Of a stretch of 64,000 bases of DNA, positions 50,738 to 62,915 are shown piece by piece. The notes beneath the pieces are model-generated. The model saw only the letters and a program-made list of their open reading frames with translations, was not told the origin of the DNA and searched no databases. The position numbers and the translations under genes are program-made. The number at the start of each line of letters is the position of its first letter. Positions within the stretch are counted from its first letter, which is position 1. This DNA comes from Octopus sinensis (Eukaryota): contig NW_021832538.1 in assembly GCF_006345805.1 (NCBI RefSeq), forward strand, positions 1 to 64,000, read 5' to 3'.

Positions 50738-50917
50738 CTGGCCTGTTTAAATCTGAGGTCAAAATTTGTGACTGTTGACAAAGGCTGCTGCATTAGGCAC
50801 AGGTACAAAGGAGGAAGGTGTAAGACATGGGGTTGACAAATGACAGGTGAAGGCATAAAAGGAGGTTGCATCTCGTACTCGTCTCCTGAGACTGATGATG
50901 GGGAACCAAATGAACAT
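50738..50917 (-). other. Candidate 180-nt exon of an unidentified minus-strand transcript
   Basis: Acceptor TTTTGTTCACAG, donor CAG|GTGAAG, length divisible by 3, one frame fully open (CSFGSPSSVSGDEYEMQPPFMPSPVICQ...FKQA). No family recognised. Confidence 0.3.
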
Positions 50918-52536
50918 CTGTGAACAAAATTTTACAATCAGTTAAAAGATACTTTAAAAATCTTTGGTATTCAACTTGAATATTTAATTCTTGAACTTTC
51001 AACACAATCTCCTTATTCAACCATTCCAATGGTTTTTGGAGAAGTTGAGTGATTGGTAAATATGAGACTCTCTCATTGTGCTGATGTCATGGAAAGTGCA
51101 TTCCACTTACACTGTAAAGTGGTTAGTGAATGAGTAGAGAAAACATGGGATTGTGAGGTTCCTTTGGTTCTGTCTCACAAATACCTACTTCACCTCTCTA
51201 GTGTTGGGGCCACAAGAAAATGCACCCAAAACACTCTGTAAACTATTAGTAACAGAAAAGGCATCCAACTACAGAAACCAAACCAAATGGCAAATACGAG
51301 CTCTAGTCTCTGAAAGCAGTGGTTTCCAGTAAGAAATGACTGTTGTGACCCATCCAACAAAAGCCAGCCTGAGAAACAGATGTAAAATGATGTATGGTGA
51401 TGTATCTACTTTGACAAATTTCACATTCAACGGTGAAGTTTGTCATAGTCTCTAAAGCAGTAAGTTAATGATTGTTTGAAAGAACATTGTGACTTTTAAA
51501 AATATTTTATCAGTTACTCAAATGGAAGGGCAATGCCCACATCCTTTTCAAGGCAGGGCCTCTGAGTTTGACAAGAAAGAAAGAAGACAATACCATCAAG
51601 TCAGAGATCTGGCCTAAGTGATTGCCATAGAATAAACTCTTCCGTTGTAGGCCAAGGACCAGATGGTGTTAAACTGGATACTGAAGTCTATCATCCAATT
51701 AGACCTTGGCAAGATTTAAAGAACCAGACCAAATGTCACAAGGCATCTATTCAATGTTCTAAGGTCTCTTCACAAAACTTAACAGGTACTTCCACCTTGT
51801 AAGAATAAAATGTGTAGTTGACCTTGGTGTGGGTGAGCATGTTGGGTAGATTTGAATTCAGAACACATGGGTCCACAATAAATACCACAAAGCAGTGTCT
51901 GATGCTCTGAAGACCCTAAACCCTTTCACCACCATGAAGGGATATCGTTGAAATATAACATCATTTGTGAAAGATGACCAGAATGGTTTGTTTTATAGAC
52001 TTTTAGTCTCAAATCTTTGGGTTTGATATTCCTGAAACATGTTTTCATCTGAGCAAAAGAATAAAACCTTTCATTTGTCAGTCTTTGTAATAGATTTTGA
52101 TTAATTGATTTCCCAATTACAGAAATTGCCTTCGTCTTTCTAAGTCAGTTTCCGGAAATCATTTGCAACTCACAGGATCATCAGATTTTGGGAGAAACCA
52201 ACAGGTGGAAAAGACAGATTGGTCGTGACTGGAATGCCTTTCTGATCATAGGTTTGTTTCGTCAGAGCTAACCTGGGGAACACAATGATGGTCAGTTTGA
52301 TAATCAATTTTGTAAAGTTTCAGGAAAGAAACATTCAGCACAAAGAACATTTTTACAAAACTTTTTTTTGTTTGTTTTGGTAATGAAACTAATTGCTCTA
52401 CTACTTTAAAAATAGAATACCTACTCGACCCACATTACCCTAACAATATTCACATCCCGTAATCTGCTCACCCCACATATCTTTTGGATACTAACTCCTT
52501 GTATCCTCTGCTGACTGACTCCATACAGTTCTTTTG

Positions 52537-52885
52537 TACACTTACATCTCGTAATCTCTGCTCAACTCTTACCATCCTTTACACTTACATCTCGTAATCT
52601 CTGCTCAACTCTTACCATCCTTTACACTTACATCTCGTAATCTCTGCTCAACTCTTACCATCCCTTACACTTACATCTCGTAGTCACTACTGACTCGAAG
52701 CTATCCTGTAGACTTGCATCTCGTATTTTCTGCTCACTCTTTGAAAGAACATTGTGACTTTTAAAAATATTTTATCAGTTACTCAAATGGAAGGGCAATG
52801 CCCATATCCTTTTCAAGGCAGCAGGGCCTCTGTGTTTGACAAGAGAGAAAGAAGACTTAGTACACTTACATCTCCTAACTTCTGA
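52537..52885 (+). repeat. 43-bp tandem repeat interrupted by a ~120-bp copy of 51475-51598
   Basis: TACACTTACATCTCGTAATCTCTGCTCAACTCTTACCATCCTT at 52537, 52580 and 52623, then degenerate units; insert at 52740-52856; the unit resumes at 52861. Confidence 0.9.
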
Positions 52886-53211
52886 GCACCCCCTTAACAA
52901 GATATCCGTGTTTATATTTTAATTTTACTACATTGTGTGTGTGTGTGTGTGTGTGTTTTAGGTACACTCACGGAGCTGGTAACCAAAGCAATGAAAACTG
53001 ACCGTATAACTACGTATAAAATTAATCGCGTACGCATCCACACACACAACAACAACAACCACAAACGCACACATATATCGATTTATACCTAAAGCGTAAT
53101 CTATATAACATGACTTTACTTTGAATGTTTGCACACACGCATATACACACACATTATCCAGCCAACTACTCACAAATAGACACCATTATTTGGCAAGAGT
53201 ATTATTGGTCA

Positions 53212-53229
53212 GGCCACTTGGTGGCGCTG
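53212..53229 (+). promoter_or_regulatory. CTCF-like motif
   Basis: GGCCACTTGGTGGCGCTG versus consensus CCASYAGRKGGCRS: one core mismatch. Confidence 0.45.
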
Positions 53230-53501
53230 TTATCGATACACAACAACGTCTCATTCAGCGTTTCAAAAGGTTTTCTCTTCAAAGTGTTATGTTTGTTGAA
53301 ATCAATACACATAACACTTTGAAGAGGGAAAACTGTAAATATATGTGTATTAGTGTTTGTGTGTGTGTGTGTCTACAATATGTATGCGTTTCTGTTTTGG
53401 TGTGTGTTTATTGATTTATATACACATACGCACACAAACATATATATACTCTTTCTCTCATATATATATACACACACAAAAACATACGCTTTCTCTCTCT
53501 C

Positions 53502-53564
<63 letters not shown>

Positions 53565-53577
53565 CACATGGATATAT

Positions 53578-53656
<79 letters not shown>

Positions 53657-54175
53657 TGGTATGCATATGCTATGTATAGGCTGTTGTTGCGTGTGAAAAG
53701 CGAATGGGTAGGTTGTTTGGTATGTGTGTGTGTGTGTATGCAGTGTTTATGCATACTAATTAATGTATGTATGTCTGCGTGTAGAGGCAGTGTTGATTGC
53801 GTGTGTATTACTGTGGTGTGGGCCCCGGGTTAGACTCGCTTCATAAACAGTCCTATGGTACCGTGTACTGTTTCCTTTTCTCTCTAGTTCTACAGCAGCC
53901 TCTGCTCTCTGAACGAGCTACCTGCACCATCTTCCTTCCTTCCTCAGAATCTCGAAGCTTCAATGGTTTTTATGTCCCATTTATGGTGCCGTTCGAGTGG
54001 GAGGAGATGCTGCATCTGTTGTCCTTTATTCTTCATCCTTTGTCCTCGCCAAACTTTCATCTGAAAGATAAGTTCTCTGTGGGGTATGTTAATTGCTATC
54101 TAAATTATATTAGTTGTAGTATTTTACCAGATGGCGCAACCGACACATCAATCTTGAGTCTGGTTTTATAAGCTC

Positions 54176-54576
54176 ACTAGCAGTATCGCCCGGCGTTGCT
54201 CGGGTTTGTAAGGGAAATAACTACATAAGCATTTTTAGAGTTATAGCCAAAATATAGCAAAAAAATGCATTAAAAATGGAAAAAAATGATGGTAAATTTT
54301 TTTTTAAATCATTGACTCATCGTAGACATTTTTAGAGAGTTACTTCCCTTATACAATAGCGAAAAATGCATTAAAATGGAAAAAAAAATGATGGTAAATT
54401 TTTTTTTAAATCGTGGACTCATCGTAGACGCGCGCTAATACCCAGAAGGGCTCGATATGAATCACGACTATAAGATACCCGGTTTTGGTTACACTGCACC
54501 GCAAAATGTGGGAGTAGTTAGGAATCTAAATCGTAGGAGACAGACAGCACACAACCTCTCTTTTATATATAAAGAT
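54176..54576 (+). mobile_element. Non-autonomous Helitron/HINE-like element, copy 2
   Basis: Same termini and internal duplication as 3153-3551; high identity by eye. Confidence 0.65.
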
Positions 54577-55679
54577 TAAATTTAGAGTTAACCTGTCATG
54601 CACAAACAATTTCAAATTGATCTCTGGAAATGAAATCTGAAAACCATGGTCTTTGTGTAGTTGTAGTTGTGCATAAGTAAGATTTCAATGTTAGCTTCCA
54701 CATAAAACCCATATTTATAATATTGCAGCAGTAAAGGTCATCATTTCCTCTACAATAAACAAACTGAACACCATTTATGGATCTCACAGATCTTCAAAGG
54801 TTGTTTAGAAATACTTTAGCACAGTTATTTATTTGTGTCTTACACAAATTTCTGAAATAGCGACACAATAAGCAGCAGCTGAAAATAAACATTAGGCCGT
54901 CCTACGTATGTTTTTAGCCCAGTTGTTTATCAGAAACGGTATGAATCTTTTCTATCATAACTTTGACTCACTGCGAACCTCGCCGAATAAAAGCCTGCCA
55001 TTTCTCGATCAATCACCATTGGCTTTTGAGTGCCTTTAACCGATTCCACCACTCTGTTACAACAACTTAGGCTAGAAGAACGAGGTTAGGTCTCCTGTTT
55101 GAAGATAATTTCCTTCCGCAAGTTTCAGGGACTCCCCATAAGGGACATGGCTACTGTCCCACTTCATACGGTCGGACAATCAGATGTTTACCTAGTTGGG
55201 TGTTGTGTGGCATTGTGGACATTTATTTTCACTGCTGTTTTTGTTTGTTTACTATAGGTTCTGGAGGTAGGCATTGGTGACGCATTGTGTATGCCTATGT
55301 GAATACATATTTGTGTATGTAGGTATGTGATTTATAATGTGTGTAGAAAATTCGTTTTGTTGTGTAAATTAAAAGTTGCACTGAAGTGACCTTCCCTGGG
55401 GAACAATGTCATTCTTCACACCACATTCTTTTAGTCTGGTGTTGTTGGTGGTGGTGGTGGTAACGGTGATGAAATATTTATATTTGTATGTGTGTCTTTA
55501 TGTACATACATAGACAGTTACATAACTGCGTCTCGAGACTCAAATTGGTACACATTGTGATGCAAACATCAGTTACATAACGTGTACACAACTTTGAAAA
55601 TGGTGCTTTTGTATAAAACTTGTAAAGCGTGTAAAAGTCTTACATCTTAGAGACTAACACTGAAGCCGATTGTGTCATC

Positions 55680-56190
55680 ATCATTAGCGGTTTAACGTCA
55701 ATTTTTCTATGCTTGCCTGGGACAGACGGAATTTGAAGCAAAATTTTCTAGGGTCGGATGCCCTTGTCGGTCCTCACCAGAACCCAAATCGAGTAATATG
55801 CATATGGAGATGGTATGATGCTGAAGAATAAAGAATTAGGGAAATTTAAGAACAATATGTTTACAAAAATACATGCCCATGTGCCGGTGACACGTAAAAA
55901 GCACCGTCCGAACGTGGCAGGTGCCAGCGCCGCCTGACTGGCGTCCGTGTCGGTGACACGTAAAAGCACCAACCGATCGTGGCCATTTGCCAGCCGCCCC
56001 TGTGCCGGTGGCGCGTAAAAACACCCACTACACTCACGGAGTGGTTGACGTTAGGAAGGGCATCCAGCTGTAGAAACTCTACCAGATCAGACTAGAACCT
56101 GGTGCAGCCTCCATGGCTTCCAGACCCCGGTCGAACCGTCCAACCCATGCTAGCGTGGAAAACGGACATTAAATAATGATGATGATACGA
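55680..56190. mobile_element. Divergent pair of family D copies (- at 55680-55770, + at 55870-56190)
   Basis: CATCATCATT..TTTAACGTC...GGATGCCCTT on the left and AAGGGCATCC...GGACATTAAATAATGATGAT on the right. Confidence 0.7.
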
Positions 56191-56682
56191 GATTGCACCT
56201 GGACAGATTCTATCTACCATTTGTAAGTCATTGGTGAATCTGAGACCTTTACCATCCCATCATTTATTCGGCTTTGGGGTCACTAAGATTTTCATGGTAT
56301 TGTGTGTTCTTGGGCGGGGTAGCAGAAGATTGAAAGAAACAACTCAAAAATTTCAGAATGAAACCCCATAGATGATTTTTCGTCCAACTGCCCAATCTCC
56401 AGCCGTTTCTGACCACTACTTGTTGTTAGCTCCAGTTGATTTGGAACGGAGAAGTTTGCAGGATCTCGAGCGTGTTATGTTACTTTAAAACCCAGCTGAT
56501 GTGAGCTTCTTGTTACCCCAAACAAAAATAGCGAACCTTTCTGTCCGGCGCTTGTGGGGGGAATATCACATATATCTGCAACAAGGAAGAATGTCACTGC
56601 TTCCGTAGTTCCTGCGCTGGTGGAGTGCACTCAGAGAACAGTCACGATTCTCTTCTCTACTCTGCGCGAATACATTTCCCTG

Positions 56683-57236
56683 AAATATCTTGGGTCATAC
56701 ATATATCATCATCTGAAAAAGATTTTCTAACTAGAAAGGGTATGGCCTGGTCAGCCTGTAATGACATGCATAAGATCTGGTCATCAAAGTAGAGATTTCA
56801 AACTTAAAATCTTCAAAGCTACTATCGAACCAATTCTACTATATGGCTCAGAAACCCGGACGTTATCAAAGAAGCTTGAGAGGCGGTTTGATGGAATCTA
56901 CACTCGCCTCCTTATGAGAGCTCAAAATCTCTCATGGAAGCGCCATCCAACCAAAATGCAAATATATGGGAAACTACCACCTGTATCATCTCTTGTGAAA
57001 GGCAGGAGAGTCCAGTTTGCTGGACATTGTTGTAGAGCTGGAAACGAAGTAATTTCTAGTCTTCTCCTCTGGAAGCCATCTGCTCGCACTACCAGAGGGC
57101 GCATGCTCTCCTACCCTGATGTAATCTCCGGGGATACAGGCATCCAGCAACGGGACCTCCGTAATGCTATGATGGACCGTGAAGTCTGGCGTAGCATGGT
57201 AAATTCCATTGTCTCGACCACGGTCGATGAAGATGG
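56683..57236 (+). mobile_element. 5'-truncated RTE-type LINE with a 10-bp TSD
   Basis: KYLGS...RKGMAWSACNDMHKI...KLKIFKATIEPILLYGSET...RRVQFAGHC...MMDREVWRSMV. CATTTCCCTG occurs at 56673-56682 and 57237-57246. Confidence 0.9.
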
Positions 57237-57421
57237 CATTTCCCTGTTGAAGCGTCACCTAAGCTATCACCGGTGGACGAAGGCAATCTTCGAATACATT
57301 TATCTGTGTTCAGACTAAAGAGGGTAGGGTAGAAATTCTGCTTTGCTACCACAAAGCAGGTCTACAGACCGCTTTACACGTTCCATCCAAGCGGTAGTGG
57401 TGACGATGGTGGCACAGATAC

Positions 57422-57452
<31 letters not shown>

Positions 57453-58062
57453 GGTGGTGGTGGGGTTATGATAACCTTAATGTTGAAGAGAAGGAAGAAA
57501 GATCAAACTCCGATAGTAATTAGATCTTTGATCATATTACCACATCTTTCTCTCTCCTCCCTCACTCGTGTGTCTGTTCTAACAAGATGCTAGACACGAT
57601 ATTACAGCCCTTTGTATATATATGTGTGTATATGTGTGTGTGAGGCAATGTAATTGTTGCTATTGTCTCTCTCTTTTACTGTTGTTTTATTTACAAAAGA
57701 CAGTCTGACATGGCTGTGTTCATTTCAGCTATTTACTATTATTTATGATAGCTTTGTGTATATATGTACTCTTTTACTCTTTTACTCTTTTACTTGTTTC
57801 AGCCATCCGGCTGAGGCCATGCTGGGGCACCGCCCTTGTTGCTACCCTCTCTAAGTCCAGTTTGCCGTGGCTGGCCACTGATCTAAGAGAGAGTTTGTAG
57901 CTGCTGCCCTTAGGTTACCTTCGTACCTTGCAGTGGGTTCATCTGGGATCCCGGAAAGCAGCTTGTCTAGATGTTTTTTGAAAATGTCCACATCCGCATC
58001 ATGTAGATCTCTTAGTTTTCTTGGCAGTTTGTTGAACAGCCGAGGGCCCCTGAACCCCAGGC

Positions 58063-58125
<63 letters not shown>

Positions 58126-58445
58126 GCGTGCATATTTGTTAACTTACACACATATACATACATACATACATACATACATACATAATGCATACACACACAT
58201 ACATACATAACATACATACACATACATACATACATACATACATATACACTGTAGTAAATAACATAACATTCATAACCGCTTCAAGCAACATTACTGAGTA
58301 TGCGTGTGTGTATGTATGTATGAGTGTGTGTATGCGTATTTATGGCTACGTTATATAAATGCATGTAAGTGGTTCGTACATATTTATATGTTGTTACTTA
58401 ACACTTTGTGTATGCGTATGCACCCCCCCTCTTTCTATATATACA

Positions 58446-58487
<42 letters not shown>

Positions 58488-58914
58488 ATATATATATACA
58501 TTATATACACATATATATATATTATATATATATATATATGTGTGTTATATGCCTATAATTTCGTACACGATATTAGGTTACCGTTGTGGCTGTATCCACC
58601 CACCAACCCAACCACCACCACCACCACCACTACCATTCTACCACTACCCCCACCTCCCACTCCCTCGGCTCTCTCTCTTCTCTCTGTGTAGTATATAGAC
58701 TTCAAACGATTCCTTTAGCCTTCACCGCCTTTTGATGTTTCTGGCGGTAAAATTTACAACATCGAATAGTCTGCCGTTGTTTTTGTTGTAAAAGTCATTG
58801 CTTGTCTTAATTGGAAACAGCGTTTTGCCTGCCTTTGCCTGCTCGAAAACCCCCACCAGACCTTACTCCTCTTCCTCCTCCTCCGAATCCCCCTCCTCTC
58901 TTTCTCTTACTAAC

Positions 58915-59275
58915 CGTTTCTACTTCTTTCTCTCTCTCTCTTTCTTTCTTTCTTTCTCTCTCTTTCTCTCTCTCTCTCTTTCTTTCTCTCTCTGTCTCTC
59001 CCTCTTTCTCTATCTCTTTCTCTCTCTCTTTCTCTCTTTTTCTCTCTTTCTCTCTCCTTCTTTCTCTTTCTCTCTTTCTTTCTCTCTCTCTCTCTATTTC
59101 TCTCTCTCTCACTCTCTCTCTCTTTCTTTCTTTCCATCTTTCTCTCTTTCTCTTTCTCCCTTTCTCTTTTTCTCTCTTTCTTCTGTTTCTCTCTTTCTCT
59201 TTCTTTCTTTCTCTCTCTCTCTCTTTCTCTCTTTTCTCTCTTTTTCTCACTCTCATTCTCTCACTCTCTCACACA
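58915..59275. repeat. (CT)n/(CTTT)n polypyrimidine tract
   Basis: Direct reading. Confidence 0.95.
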
Positions 59276-59693
59276 CACATACACACACACACGTATAGAT
59301 ATGCAATTGTATGGTGTGTATACATACATAGACACACGTACGCACATAAATTCGCCCTATAAACTCTCGTCTCGTCTTTCCTTCTTCGCTCCACATAACA
59401 TCATCATCATCATCATTATCATCATTGTAATAATAGACCAGACTTATCCTCTATTATTATATGTTTATTTAATATTTGAGCAGAAGAGGCACAGCATCTG
59501 ACTGAAAACGCTTAGTGGTTGGTAAATAAATCTCAGTTCGTTTCTGAGTTCGAATTCTACAGAGCTCGGTTTTTTTGGGGTTTTTTTTTACTTACCATTC
59601 TTGAGAGCTCCGATGTCACCACCATGCTCCATTCTTCCTGTCTGGTTTCGTGGTTTTGCCATTATATCTCATCACACCAGGACCAACACCACC

Positions 59694-59733
<40 letters not shown>

Positions 59734-59771
59734 TACTACTACTACTTCTACTACTACTACTTCTACTACTA

Positions 59772-59812
<41 letters not shown>

Positions 59813-59923
59813 GCTCCCTTATGCTCTATGTTCAAAGCTCATGGAAATCAACTTTTGCCGTTCATCGTTCCAGAGTCTATGAAATACCAGTTCGTACTCG
59901 GGTCCATATATAATCGAATAAAG

Positions 59924-60365
59924 CGGCGAGCTGGCAGAAACGTTAGCACGCCGGGCGAAATGCTTAGCGGTATTTCGTCTGCTGCTACGTTCTGAGTTCA
60001 AATTCCGCCGAGGTCGACTTTGCCTTTCATCCTTTCGGGGTCGATTAAATAAGTACCAGTTACGCACTGGGGTCGATGTAATCGACTTAATCCCTTTGTC
60101 TGTCCTTGTTTGTCCCCTCTGTGTGTAGACCCTTGTGGGCAATGAAGAAATAAGAAACGTTAGCACGCCAGGCGAAATGCTTAGTGGTATTTCGTCTTTC
60201 TTTACATTCTGGGTTTATATTTCGAGTTGAAATACCACCTTTAGCTTCACCTTTCATCCTTTCAGGATCAATAAAATAATACCAGCTGAGTCCTGGGGTC
60301 GATGTAATAGATTAGCTCCCCCCACCCACTACCAAATTTCGGGCCTTTATGCCTAGGGTAGAAAA
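59924..60365 (+). mobile_element. Full SINE B followed by a diverged B variant
   Basis: GCGGCGAGCTGGCAGAAACGTTAGCACGCCGGGCGAAATG head; second head remnant at ~60155. Confidence 0.85.
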
Positions 60366-60584
60366 ATTAGTATCGTTATTGTTGTTGTTATTTGATCCGT
60401 GTTTCTTCTATTTTCGCTTTCTTATTCTCGCTTTCCTGCTAAAGTCTTTAGTTGTCTGAGAGTTGCGTGAGAGCCAAGAGCGATAGAAAATATCACATCT
60501 ACAACAACAAAATATGTATACATACACACAGCGTGTTGTGTGTATACGTGTGTATATGTTTGTAAATATATGTATGAGTGAAGG

Positions 60585-60872
60585 TGCATGGCTTAGTGGT
60601 TAGCATATTCGGCTCACAATCGTAACGTTGTGAGTTCGATTCCCGGCGGCGCGTTGTGACCTTCAGCAAGAGACTTTATTTCACGTTGCTGCTGTATTTC
60701 AATTGACTAGCTCTGTCACATTCTGTATCAGGCTGAATCTCTTTGAGAACTACGTTAAAAGTAGACGTGTCTGTGGAGTTCACAGCCACTTGCATGTTAA
60801 TTTCACGGGCAGGTTGTATCCATTGATCAGATCAACCGGAATCCTTCCTCGTCGTCACCGACGGAGTGCCAA
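60585..60872 (+). mobile_element. SINE C-related copy
   Basis: GCATGGCTTAGTGGTTAG...GAGTTCGATTCC...GAGAACTACGTTAA...ACCGACGGAGTGCC. Confidence 0.75.
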
Positions 60873-61437
60873 TTAAGTTTAGTATATGTGTTTGTTTAGA
60901 TACGCATGCATATAAAGGAGACACTCAACGTAGTGGCTGATTAAACTGCTAGAACATAGGGCCAAACAACTAGAATCAGCAATCGAACAACAAAATCTGT
61001 TTTGTACCCGGAGAACCTACCCGCTTCCGAAGTCCACTATTGCCCTCATCCTGTTAAAACTTTGCCCGCGACTTTCTTCGCCTTCCATCTTGCCCATGAC
61101 TTGATCCGCCTTTTGTCTTGCCCGTCGTCATCTTCGACTTAACCCCCACCATCACCCATGACTTCCCCAGCCTCTTCTCTTGCTCCAACTCCTGTTGCCC
61201 CGCCTCCTTTCTTGCCCTCGCATCCTATTTTGCCCCACCCCTCTCCTACTCTCGCCTCCTGTCTTGCCCTGAGCTTCCTTTCTTGACCCCCGCCTTCCAT
61301 CTTGCCTTTAAACTCATCTTGCCATTTTTGTCTTTTCCCCGTAGAGTTTGTGAATCTGTGCAGAGGGGAATGAAAAGTAAGTCTATATACACATTGCTGG
61401 ATTCTGTATGCATGTATATATATATATATATATATAT

Positions 61438-61490
<53 letters not shown>

Positions 61491-62039
61491 ATGTATGTAT
61501 ATATCTATCTCTCTATATATGTATATCTATCTAGCTATGTGTGTGTGTATATATATATATATATAAGCTTCGAAAATTAAACAGAAGTACCACAAAGGAA
61601 CAAACGGAAAATTCACACAGTATGAACATGCGCTTTCCTCGTCAGTTATCGTCCCAAAAAGTCATTACAGTTTCATGCCTTTTTAATGATAATATTGTTC
61701 ATTTTTGATTGCGTAAAACTGCTGAGAAGAGTGAGCCAACGTTGGGGGGACAGTGACGAAAACAAATACGACACAAAAATGTGAATATTGAACCAAAATA
61801 AAATTTACAATATACAAAATAAAGGCTGTACGGCTATATATATATATATGTGTGTGTGTGTATGTATATTTATCATCTCTTTGGAGATTTATGTGTAATC
61901 TTTAAAGGTTACTACTACTGTATACACTCTAAAGTTTTTTCTTGTACTCCTTGAAAATATCTAGAGCTTCTTGTTGTTACTCAAAGGAATACAATATCAG
62001 AGATAAGGAATAACCAATTCATGGACACGATTGCTTGCA

Positions 62040-62420
62040 TGCTTGGTTGACTATGTAAACAAGCAGATGGACAGATGTTGGATAATGTGGAACATTTCCA
62101 ATATCTTGGTAGTTACATCTACCACAGATATAAATAAGGAGATAAAGTATGCTAGTCGCCACAGAAGCGGCTATAAAAGAAAATTTTAAACATCTGAAGT
62201 AAGCAACCAAAATTATGGTGTAAATAAAGACAGCTGTACTCTCCCCCTAACTTGGACAAGTCATGGGTAAATTTATCATAAGCTAGGAATCTACCACCAG
62301 AAATGCTTCGGGAGAATACTGTACATCCGGTGATAAAACTGACAGTATTGTCGATGTACTCGAGCAAGACGGTATATCCGGCTTCAAAACCGTGACTATG
62401 TGATATCAGCTTTTTGTGTT
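62040..62420 (+). mobile_element. Old degenerate RTE-type LINE fragment
   Basis: Broken translation DGQMLDNVEHFQYLGSY...DINKEIK...YHQKCFGRILYIR. Confidence 0.6.
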
Positions 62421-62819
62421 GATTTGGGGGGGGGGTTGTAAGGGGCTCAAAAACCTGTTTTATTTTCAGCCGAATGAAGATGAGTGCATGTAAACAGAAG
62501 CTCAAAGTTAAGGGATATTTAAAAAGAAAAAAAAAGGTATGAAATCAATGCCTAATGTGTACCGTGCGCCGCTCGTTGGTGATTGAATAAAAGGAAAGTG
62601 GAAACGAATCATCTGTGATGGAGTGGAACACGTCAACGCAGTACGTACAGAATATCTCGACGATGAGTGGAAGAAGTAGTGAAGGGTGTGAAGCATGTAT
62701 ATATATACACACACAAACGCATCGTCAACATTTAATATACATTTTCGTTGTTGGCTTGGATTATACGACTTGACAAGAAACTGGCAAGGCCCAGGGGCTG
62801 CACCAAGTTCTATGGTCTT

Positions 62820-62915
62820 ATTTGGTATAGTTTCTATGGCTGGATGCCCTTCATAACGCCAGCCACTCTACACAGTGTACTGGGTGCTTTTTATGTGGCA
62901 CCAGCACCCATGTGT
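62820..62915 (-). mobile_element. Family D fragment
   Basis: GCTGGATGCCCTTCATAACGCCAGCCACTC...GGGTGCTTTTTATGTGGCACC is the reverse complement of the D core. Confidence 0.65.

Noticed and set aside
53797-54171. 124-aa + strand ORF with a strong-looking acceptor (~53890) and GTATGT donor (~54084)
   Set aside because: No recognisable domain and no partner exons found; cannot be supported without RNA data.
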